The notes beneath the pieces were generated by a model, which was not told the origin of the DNA, did no database searches, and saw nothing but the letters and a program-made list of their open reading frames with translations. A program made the position numbers and the translations under genes. Source: Aplysia californica (taxonomy: Eukaryota). From it: DNA of 64,000 bases. The stretch covers positions 105,103-169,102 of the forward strand of contig NW_004797943.1 of assembly GCF_000002075.1 (NCBI RefSeq), in the 5' to 3' direction. Below, in pieces: positions 54,801 to 64,000 of the stretch (position 1 is its first letter; each line of letters starts with the position of its first letter).

Positions 54801-57800
54801 TCTCAAAACATTTTTCAGGATAGCCCTGTTTGTGCTTAAAAGCGATCAAATGTTTGTAATTATGTCTTTGAGCTTCTGTTTATTCACACTCATCAAAGAG
54901 CAATGGGTATTATGCCCAACTCCATTTTAAGCACATAGTTTGAATTGTACTTGTTTTCAGTTAACTTGGGTAACTTGCTAGAATGGAAGAGTTCAACGGG
55001 TGTCTTCCCTTTTGACATGGTCTTCTTGAAGATAGAAGTCATATTGGAGGTCCTGTCTCTTTAATTACTGAACCATACCATATATGAAAATGTTGAAAAC
55101 ATGCAAGAGATGATTTTGGTTGGAAAGTCAGGGCGAAAAAGAGATGGAGAAAAAGCGGATAATGCTCTCATGGTTTTTAGAGTTTACTAAATGACAAAAG
55201 AAATGAATTAGAGATGGTTATGTAACAGTTGCCTGCCAGTTTTCTTTCAATAAGATATGGGTAACTTTTACCCTCGAATGTCAGGGTTAGGGTATTTTCT
55301 ATAAACAGATGCTTTGTCACAAATAAAATATATTATGTTTTTGTGTCAACTTAATAGTTTGAGTATCTTACTACTAATGGAGCTAAGGCCAAATTTTGTG
55401 AACAGTATATTCTCAGAAACTACCCAATGAAAAAATATGGAACTTTGCCAGTACCCATAACTTGAAACGTAGTGTTGCACTATTGTATTTTCATTAAGAT
55501 CAAATGTGTAAGAAGAAAGCCCATTGTAAGTTAAATTCAGTCCTTTTGTAGCGATAGCCATCATTTGCTTCGACATTGTATATTCACTGCGGATTGCCAA
55601 CTGCGCCGAAGGATATTTTGTGTTCAGTTATACGTGGTTTCGGTCTCTCACCTTTGACCGTCTTTTCACAGCGGGTTTGGAGCGCTCAAACAAGAAAAAG
55701 AAGAAGGAGGAGGAGAAGGAGGAGGAGGAGGAGGAGGAGGTATAGGTGTAGAAGGAGGAGGAGGAGGAGGGCGGGTGAGAGGGAGGGAGAAGAAGAAGAA
55801 AAAAAAGGAAAAAAAAGAAGAAGGAGGAGGAGGGGGAGAACAAGAAGAAAAAGAAGGAGAAGAACAATCAAGTAGAAATACATGTTACAAAGTGGGGACT
55901 TTTTCGTTTGTTACCCTACCTTGGGAGAAAGAGAGAGAGAAAAAGGAAGAGATAGAGGAGGCCAGAAAGCACTGCAGAGGGAGGGTGGTGAGAGTGACAG
56001 GGAGGGTGTCGTTGAAAGCGCTAAGAGTAGCTTACCGTAGGCCTATTTAATGTAGTCATGGGTCAAAGTCAAAGATTCAGCCAATCGTAGCCGGTTTACA
56101 CCTTGCGTGTAGTTGCATGTGTGTGTATTTCTAGATCTAATATCTAGATCAAGATTTTTAAAAATCATGAAGGTATTGAAAGTAGATTTCTCCTGCAGTG
56201 GATTTAGCGCACACACCGAACTGCGCCGAAGGATATTTTGAGTTCAGTGTGTTCATGTGTTGATCTACGTCAAAGAGTCTACATAACAAGGGGGGCCACT
56301 TCTCTCTTTGAGCCAATTAAAAAAGTGTCCTCAAAATTTGGTGGCGCCCTCTTCGCAAATGCGCACCCTTTGTGAACAGAGTTACCCTACTTGAGTTTTA
56401 AAAAATCAAAGTGAAACTAGCAAGTTTTTGAATAAATTTCGGATGAACGCTTTTTAAAAATGGTTACGCTGACAAAAAACCTCTTCCGGAGGAAAGGGTG
56501 ATTGTTTTCTTCGTTTAATTTGAATTTAGAATGAAAGGCGAGAGGTCATTAAAATAAAAAAACAACTAAAACTCCGCACTGAACGAACCCGAACTGCTGA
56601 TGAACAGCAGTCGATCTGCGCACGCAAGGAGGTACTATTCCTATTCTTCTTCTGGAAAAACGAAAGAGCTTCAAAACAGACTGCAGCGCCATCTGAAGCA
56701 AAGAGCGGACTTCCGGTGGACACTTTTTTGGCTGAGTGGCCCATCTTGTTATGTACTATCTTTGTCTACGTCTAGATTTAATATCTAATCTAGATCAAGA
56801 TAAAAAATCATGAAAGTATTGAAAGTAGACTAGATTTCTCCTGCAGTGGATTTAGCGCGCTCGCCGAAGGATGAGTGTATTTTCTGCACAGTGTCTAGAT
56901 GAGATCTAGAGTCAAGAAGAATCATGAAATGAAAGTATAATCTAGATTTAGATGTGACATTTCGATAACCTATTGAATATTGAAAGTGGATTTTTCTTAT
57001 TATGCATTAGATTCTAAGATCTAGATCTAAATCTATATGTGAAGCTTAGATCGAGATCAAGAATGATGAAAGTATTGAATGTGGATTTTTTCCTGCTCTG
57101 AATAGATCTAGAGTCTAGAACTAGGCTGTCGGTAAATCTAGATCGAGATAAAAAATCATGAAAGTATTCATGAAAGTGGGTTTTTCCTGCTGTAAATAGA
57201 TTTAGAAACTAGGCCATCTGTGACGCCTGTCCGTTGTTAAAAATGTGAATTTCTAAACTTAGATCTATCTTTGGGCCTAGGCTCCTTCTTTCAATTATAG
57301 GCCTATGTCTTTATAGTCCTTCGAGGTCTAGGCTAGATCTAGAATCTAGATAAGGTTCTTCTAGGAAGCAACCATTGGCATGTAGGCTTAACCCTTTTAA
57401 AAAAAAGTGATTGAGCTGGCACTTTAGGAGTAAATGCCACGCCTCCGAAGAGGGGGAAGAAGTCTTACCCCTAGAGGTAGTCAAGAGGGGGTGCTACATG
57501 GATAAATTCAAAGTAAAATATTTATGTTTTGTTTCTTTCCTGTTTTCAGTCTTTTTCCTCTTCTTAACTTTCCTAATACTTTTTCATTATTATGTGCTTT
57601 TACTAGTACAAATAAATCATAAATCTGTAATATGATGGGATTGAAAGTAAGACCTTTCTCTTGTAGTTGTCAGGTGTTCTCCGTCTTTTGACCTGCATGT
57701 TCCACTGTATTTGGGTGGTGGATGGGGGCTTTTGTGGGTTTTACTCCTTTTGATTTTCAGTATAGTAGCATTTGTTTTGAACTCAGTCACTGCTTTTCAT

Positions 57801-60800
57801 CAGTTGCAGTGTGTCACAATTTTGTGTAAAGAATGAAAATTTGTGTGGGAGAATTTAGACACAAAGAAAATTCAATCCAACTAGACAAGTAATTGTCAGT
57901 GTGGTCAACACGTCATACAGCTGTACTTGATTCCTTAAAATGTATTATTTTTTCCCTCTTTTATGCTGTTGAAATCTTAAGGTTGTTTTTTTTTTTCATT
58001 AAAAAGATTTTTTTGCTGTTTGGTTCTCAGAAAACCAGTTCCGATTGACCCCGAAATTCTGCGCACAATGAAAGTATACCAGAACATTGGATATGCACCG
58101 AATACCACGAAGCAGAAAAGAAATGTCATTCCCTATGATCTTTCTGAAAAGGGCACCAAGGACCGAAAATCCAGTGTTCCAGAATCCCCAAGTGGAAGAG
58201 GTAAGAGAGATTGGCTCACAAGCGTCATCAGGTTAAAAAAATTATTTTTCATTAATCGTCATCAGGTTAAAAAAATTATTTTTCATAAATAATGTCCGTT
58301 GCCGGGGAATAGAAATGTGGTGGGCTTCAGTGAACCAGTGTTTTGCTGTTTATGGATGGCATTTAGTATGATTGGAAGTGATGTTGGGCATCCCAGTGTA
58401 GGAATGTATTTATCTCATGTACCCACTTATGGGCTCTGTGAGGTGCCTAATAGCTGATTTGGTGTCATGCTTGATTTAGTTGCAGGTGATCCTGATTCAA
58501 ATCCCCTTGTGGTGTTTTTTTTGGTGTTAGATTGGCTCTAATTCCACTTGGTTTGGTACTGTCGGAGGTGGACAATAAATTTGAAGGTGTAGCCTCTTGA
58601 ACAGCTATACATTGTTTATTTGAGAGTATAACCCATTTCATAACAATTCTTTGGGGGACCTTGGGAGGTCCAGTAAGAAGACCCAAGAAAGTTCAAGGTC
58701 TCTATTCTTCTACTATCCACTTCTGCTGTCTGTTTACGTACCAAACACTTTCAACAATCTACCAGTGGCTTTTTTAGTCTGTATTTGTTGCAAGTGAGTT
58801 TTTATTGGTGAGGTGTGCTGACAAAATGAGTTACTTCTTGCAATTCATGAATGGAGACGTTGGCTGAAGATGCCCATCAGATTTGTAGATTTTTCTACTG
58901 ATGCCTTTTTCTCAAAGTTAAACATGTCTTTTGTGAGTACATATTATGAATTGGACCAATCCAACCTATAAATTTGACATAGGGTCTATAGGGCTAAAGT
59001 CCAAGAATTAACTCATTTTGTCGGTATATCTCACATTTTGTTCTAACTTCTCCATATTTTTTTTATTAGAATCATATTCTCTTTGATTGCTGCTATTTTA
59101 ATGTATTGACAAGATGCTTTTAAAATGTATATTATTGCTTGTTTCTTGAAGTTGGAAAAGTTGCTTAACAGAAGTCTTTTCTCTTTGTTACAGGAGATGA
59201 CCCATTCATGGGTGTGCCGAAACGATATCGACGAGTGGAAATAAAATACTCGAAACTGGGAGTGGAAGATTTTGACTTCAGACATTACAACAAGACTAAT
59301 TTGGCTGGTCTGGAGCCTCACATACCAAATGCCTATTGCAACTCTATGCTACAAGTAAGTGGATTGCAGAAGAAAGAAAAAAAAAAATATATGTATGGGA
59401 TGCATCATGGTGAAATCAAGTGCTTGTCAGAATAATGAAATCAAAGAAATTGGCGGGTTTTTTTTAGCTGTAGGGCAGTTTTTAAAAATTGAATTTCCTT
59501 TTCTTTTCACTTAACACTTTTTATGTCCATTTGAAGTCACATTCCTGCATGGATTTTACTGAAAAACAGGGGTCAAATACGCAAAAAAAATTTAATTTAG
59601 CTTTCAAGGATGCTCAAGCTTTGGAAGTCACGTAACATTTGCGGCCATTTTCTCACTTAATTTCCTTTGACCCCCACTTCTTTGAATCGCAAGTTTCTCA
59701 GCTTCTGTTCACGGTAAATGTTTTGTTTTTTCCCATCAAAGTTAAGACAAATGAGCAACCGTTAAGATGACGCCAATAACTCCTATAAGCCCAAAAATTG
59801 ATGAGCACCTAATTCCACCACTACCACGTCATGACACACATACCTTTCGCCCTGCTTATTGCTTGGCATCGCAATGAATAAGAGGGTTTGTCTTGTGTTT
59901 TTGCGATAAAGGGATACTCTCACTCTTGCCTTCTCCAGAGTTTGCTTCTCTGGCTGTTCCAAATGTTTGTCAATTCAATCTATCGTTTTTAAAAAACTTG
60001 TTGGATGCAGTCAGATCCAGGTAAAAATGTATTGCCTGGACTGAATAATATACTTTGAGTCAGAAATGTGGCTAGCTTGCACTTTCACTATAAGATAACT
60101 CAAATCTTTATGGAAAGCATGGGAACAGAAGTAATAATAATAAATTGAATTTGCATTTGGTGTAAATTAATACAATATTGCAGAACATATGCACATACCA
60201 TTTGTCTTTTTCCATAACATTTACACATACCAATGTCTTTTTACATTTCCGTTGCTGCCAGTTGTCAAGTTCTGTGAACTGAGGAAAATGGTACCTTTCC
60301 ACAAGGACAACATTTTCTCCTTTATCAATGAAAGTTGAATGATCTTAAAGCGTGAATTGATAGGCGAGTGTAGTGGACTACCGTCCAAGTAAAAAAAAAC
60401 AAACCCCAAAGAACTATTGCTATATTTACTTCCTCAGGTCTTGTACTATTTGGAACCTTTGCGCTGTGCACTCCTTGGCCATGTCTGTGAGAGAGAGTTT
60501 TGCTTGTCCTGTGAGCTGGGATTTTTGTTCCATATGTTGGATTCTCAGAAAGGAAATACTTGTCAGGTTTGTAGAGCTAAAAAAATTTAGGTTTTGAAGC
60601 CCCTAATGGAGTCTTGAAAATATGACCAAGTTCATTATATTGTGTATATATTTTGTCTGAAGTATGCAAATTAATACATTTTGGAGGGTGGTTTAAGTCA
60701 GCTTTGAAATGAGTGATTCAGCAGATGACACTGAGCAGCATGACTTCTTGTTTTTAAACTTCAGTCATGGGAAGAAATATCTGGCATGTAAGCTGATTTT

Positions 60801-63036
60801 TTGTGTGCTTGTAAACTTTTCACATTGAAAAAAATTGCCTTTTACAGTACTAATTTTAGGATTTAGGTCAATTATGAAAGAAGTTATGCAGGGGATAATG
60901 GTGCTCTCTTATTTCTTTATGCAACATGATTTTACATTTCTATCCCCCAGTGAAGGAAAAAAAGTCTGGATTTATAAGTTATATGGTTGATGCAGACTTT
61001 TTGTTTTTTTGTGCAATTGTACAGGCCACCAATTTCTTGAGAGCCTTCAGAACAATGCCCCAGGTGTCTGCCCTGGGTCTGGTGCTTCATGACATCGACG
61101 AGAACTGCGGCCGTGTTGACTTCCCTCGCCTCATCCAGAGCTGGCAACGATTTGTCCTGATGCAGATTCATGAGGTATGAGCGGCTGTATGGTCAGAAGT
61201 TTTTTTATTCTGCTCTGTGGTTTTTCTTCCAAAGATTGTTGCACCCGATGGTTTATTCGTTCTTGACTCACACTTTCCTTTCTTTTAACATAAAGACATC
61301 ATTTTATGCTTATTATAATTTTGTATGATAAACCACTTTGAGAAAATGATGCACTCACTAAAAAAAAATTAGTCATTCTAGACCTGCATGTTTGCCGACA
61401 ATCGTCTGAAATCCGACAATCGCGACCCGACCCGCGAACCGGCCGATGCTATCGCTAGGCCCGCCTAGTATCAGTCAATGTGCGTAGTGCGAGGCCTGGC
61501 CGACTGCCAGCGACCCCTTTTTCTCCCGTCGGCTTCGTCGGCACTTTCGTTTTCGTGCCGACCGTCGACGCGCGCACCGCCGACTGCCGACGTCGGCGTT
61601 TCCGACATAATTGTCGGAACCTAAGTAGAAATGCGAATACGAAAAAGGACGACAACTTAAATTATCTACTTTCAGTTTCGTGCTCGAGCGGCCATTTTCA
61701 ATTTCGTTTGTTGACTAATTCAATTGTTCATATCGTGTGGATTCATTCGTCCGACTCTCTTGTTCTAATAGAATCTAGATCTAGATTTATATAGAGATCA
61801 TTATAGACGTCAATGGAGGATTCATAATCCAATTCTATTGTGTCAAACCCTATCATAGGTTGTGCTGTAATATTAATATTGGTAAAAATAAGCATTTCAT
61901 CAGGTGCGTGAATTATTATTATATTTAGATCTATAGTCTAGATTCTAGATCTAGTTTTGAATCTAGACTCAGCTGAGTCCCTCTGTTCGGAATCGGATGC
62001 GGATTTCTAGTTCAAAGCCTAGAATCTATTCCTATTCGCTTGTTCTTCAAGATCTAGATCTAGAATCTAGATTTTTCTATATCTATATCTAGATTTATTT
62101 TTTAGATTACTAGTCTAGTAGATCTAGATATCTAGATCTAGATCTATAGTCTATATGGAGGATTCATATTCCAATTCTATTGTGTTATTGTATCAAACCC
62201 TATAGCAATGTAGATGTAAGCCATATAGATAAAATTTAGATCTAGATCTAGAATCTATATGCTCCTTGTTTGTTTTGGAGTGTGGTTTTTTAATTAATTT
62301 GTTTTTTTCATTTAGTACTTGTTTTGGCCTTTTTACATGCGAATCCCTTTAAGATGAGGCCCGATGCAGGTTCTTTTTGGGGTAGGGTTAGGGTTAGGTC
62401 TCTTCTTTATTTTGTTTGTTGGGGTGGTCGCTCGTTACTCGGATGTCCTTCCTTATGACACCCACTAAGGCTTTTTTTTTTGGGGGGGGGTTGCGCAAAA
62501 TTTTCAGACAATCTGGTTGAGGCTCACATGCAGGTCTATCATTCCGGCAATTAACCAGTTTCCAATAGACTTTCTAATTTCCGTGGCTATTTGGAACTGA
62601 TTGTTTGGTAGGATGAACTTAAGTCAAGCTGTATGCTTACTTCTTTCTATATGTAGGATTCAAGGTTTTCTTTGAACCTGTGACTTTTCTTTTGTGCTGT
62701 ACTCTGTATGTCCAGAAAAGTTAATTTTTTATTTACAGTTGACTTTTTAAGTTTGCAAGACTAGGGTAAGGAAGGTCTGGTTGTTGGAGTGTGAGGTGTA
62801 CTGAGCTGCCAGGTTACTTTTTTTCTCTCTCCATGTCCTCAGGAAACGTGTGTACCTATTGAAGTCGACTCCACTGAGGGATCTCAGGCAGAGCAAAAAT
62901 CAAAAGGCCCATCGAAAGAAGGAGAGGGCGAGGAGAAAAAGAAAGGAAAAAAGAAAAAGGCAGATGATGTCAAGACTGACTCATCTGGACAGGAGGGAGA
63001 GGGAGGAGGAAAAAATGCAGAAGGGAAAGAGAATAA
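44811..63036 (+). CDS. PAN2: PAN2 poly(A) nuclease catalytic subunit (WD40 - linker - pseudo-UCH; nuclease domain off-window), 15 exons in window
   Basis: Matches remembered metazoan PAN2 motifs: [96 protein letters not shown]. Exon phases are consistent. Confidence 0.96.
46722..46821 (+). CDS. PAN2: PAN2 exon 2 (...[21 protein letters not shown])
   Basis: cag/gtaaa boundaries, 100 nt. Confidence 0.9.
47457..47626 (+). CDS. PAN2: PAN2 exon 3 ([19 protein letters not shown]...RRGIPVFAF)
   Basis: cag/gtaagt boundaries, 170 nt. Confidence 0.92.
48376..48496 (+). CDS. PAN2: PAN2 exon 4 (DMQCMMM...[15 protein letters not shown])
   Basis: cag/gtaagt boundaries, 121 nt. Confidence 0.92.
49335..49412 (+). 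CDS. PAN2: PAN2 exon 5 ([26 protein letters not shown])
   Basis: cag/gtcagt boundaries, 78 nt. Confidence 0.93.
50079..50190. repeat. Degenerate (GAT/GGT)n microsatellite
   Basis: Seen directly in sequence. Confidence 0.8.
50301..50419 (+). CDS. PAN2: PAN2 exon 6 (VTVYDSK...LITCGFSN)
   Basis: cag/gtacg boundaries, 119 nt. Confidence 0.95.
51290..52494 (+). repeat. Apparently identical out-of-order copy of 54153-55357, including a copy of PAN2 exon 10 (51499-51626); probable misassembly
   Basis: Constant offset of 2863 and no differences seen by eye; abuts a 100-N gap and poly-C tracts. Confidence 0.9.
52515..52659 (+). CDS. PAN2: PAN2 exon 7 ([13 protein letters not shown]...IVVVSQ)
   Basis: cag/gtgagt boundaries, 145 nt. 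Confidence 0.95.
52976..53120 (+). CDS. PAN2: PAN2 exon 8 (MGSFQLVE...[16 protein letters not shown])
   Basis: cag/gtttg boundaries, 145 nt. Confidence 0.94.
53133..53563. mobile_element. MITE family copy 2, ATTT TSD (Sola1-like)
   Basis: attt|GTGAGG...GTGACAC|attt, starting 13 nt after the exon 8 boundary. Confidence 0.8.
53831..53907 (+). CDS. PAN2: PAN2 exon 9 (GNVHLFAGG...EFADP)
   Basis: cag/gtaagt boundaries, 77 nt. Confidence 0.93.
54362..54489 (+). CDS. PAN2: PAN2 exon 10 (linker: VDQLEPID...LVSDFPEE)
   Basis: tag/gtatt boundaries, 128 nt; this copy is the one in collinear order. Confidence 0.92.
55690..55870. repeat. Purine-rich (GGA/GAA)n simple repeat
   Basis: Seen directly in sequence. 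Confidence 0.9.
56125..57210. repeat. Diverged repeats (tagatc...aaaatcatgaaagtattgaaagt.gattt.tcctgc), ~5 copies
   Basis: Copies near 56130, 56780, 56900, 57050 and 57140. Confidence 0.75.
58031..58200 (+). CDS. PAN2: PAN2 exon 11 ([11 protein letters not shown]...VPESPSGR)
   Basis: cag/gtaag boundaries, 170 nt. Confidence 0.95.
59194..59354 (+). CDS. PAN2: PAN2 exon 12 (start of pseudo-UCH, [10 protein letters not shown])
   Basis: cag/gtaagt boundaries, 161 nt; Ala at the USP catalytic Cys position, as is usual for PAN2. Confidence 0.96.
59393..59840. mobile_element. MITE family copy 3 (degenerate)
   Basis: Similar to 42103-42513 and 53133-53563. Confidence 0.72.
60438..60566 (+). CDS. 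PAN2: PAN2 exon 13 ([10 protein letters not shown]...KGNTCQ)
   Basis: cag/gtttg boundaries, 129 nt. Confidence 0.96.
61025..61174 (+). CDS. PAN2: PAN2 exon 14 ([10 protein letters not shown]...QIHE)
   Basis: cag/gtatg boundaries, 150 nt. Confidence 0.96.
61379..62538. mobile_element. hAT-like non-autonomous element with 13-bp TIR and 6-bp TSD
   Basis: TCATTC|TAGACCTGCATGT ... ACATGCAGGTCTA|TCATTC; CCGAC subterminal repeats. Confidence 0.85.
62843..63036 (+). CDS. PAN2: PAN2 exon 15 (charged E/K/G-rich insert, ETCVPIEVD...EGKEN)
   Basis: Pyrimidine tract plus cag; open in phase 0; gtaagt donor at 63037. Confidence 0.8.
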
Positions 63037-64000
63037 GTAAGTGTTTGTAAAGTTGTGACCGTGTTTACAAGACGGCACAGAGATAATAAAATCTACCGTT
63101 CACTTAGATGGATGTTTCCTGACCTATATTTCGTGAGTGAGCTAATGACAAAAGGGTGAACTCACTAAACAAACAAAAGGCAGGTCACACAATACATGGG
63201 TAGATCTCACCTAAAATACCACTGATATTTTATCCCCAAGGTAATTTAGTAAGTCGTTTCAGTGTTGATAGTGTAACTTTTTTCTGGAAAGGGTTACTGG
63301 ATTTAATTTTCCTTATACCTGATTGAAGTTCATTTTTACTCTGAGAACAGACGGGGATTGTGAGCTATATGACCTCGAACCTGTGTAGTACAAGGGGAGG
63401 GGCTTTCTAGTCTTGTAGTTTGGTGTATACTTCGCATGCAAAAGTACATGGTTTGATTCTTGTTTTGTATAGGCATAGGCATAATTGATAGAAAACTTTG
63501 GGTATTTTCTCAGGTTCTTCACTCCTGTGGTCTAGAGCAGATGGTGTCAATTACCTTGTCTGACTGGATGTGAATGAAAAATTATTAGATCACATGTTAT
63601 GTACACATTTGCATTATGATGACACTTTGCCAATTAAAAGTCTGAGAACTGGTTTATTGAGATTGGTTGCAAAGTTAAAATTCTAAATGAAACTGTCCCC
63701 CAGAGCTGAAGAAAGTTTTGTCAATTCAAGTAAAGACCTGTCTTTGAAAATCCAGTGTGACTGTCTGAAGGGAAATGGACCTTTGTTATTGTAGGATATT
63801 TAATTGTATGTTAATGAACATTGCAGTAAACTACCCCCCTGATTTAGTGGGAGGGGAAGAAGAAGAAGAAGAAGACAAAAAAGGACACACTACTTTGCCA
63901 GTTTGCTGAAATGTATGATGTTGCAACATCATTTTATTTTCTGCTCCTGCATTACTTTTATAACTTTGAATCCATCTCTTGATCCTCAGATTATGTTTTC

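Noticed and set aside
55576-56050. Poly-Arg, poly-Leu and poly-Ser ORFs
   Set aside because: Translations of the GGA/GAA microsatellite
63610-63712. Possible intronic C/D snoRNA (ATGATGA...CTGA...CTGA)
   Set aside because: No terminal stem and no recognisable rRNA or snRNA antisense element
63990-64000. Start of a further PAN2 exon after cctcag
   Set aside because: Only 11 nt are visible; cannot be verified

Overview
AT-rich, intron-rich animal genomic DNA with 7 assembly gaps. The repeat content ((TAGATC)n tracts, Nin/Deu-like and CORE-like SINEs) suggests an invertebrate, probably a gastropod mollusc; this is inference. Two conserved genes diverge head-to-head. DHX8/Prp22 is on the minus strand: 18 coding exons from 19114 down to 1065, about 1028 codons, continuing off the left edge. 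PAN2 is on the plus strand: 15 coding exons from 44811 to 63036, about 967 codons, continuing off the right edge. All exon phases were checked by hand and splice into continuous frames. This PAN2 has a ~338-aa lysine-free P/Q/H/M/G-rich N-terminal extension. Between the genes is a two-exon gene (31543-32841, +) encoding a 146-aa putatively secreted poly-Asn/poly-Thr protein that I do not recognise. Also between them is an ~8 kb nested transposon stack (20803-28765): a piggyBac-like shell holding two hAT-like elements, a Tc1/pogo MITE and one more TIR element. The introns carry LINE fragments (I-like, L2-like, RTE), SINEs and MITEs. An exact 1.2 kb duplicate of a PAN2 exon region beside a 100-N gap is probably a misassembly. 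Family and orthologue assignments come from remembered motifs, not database searches.
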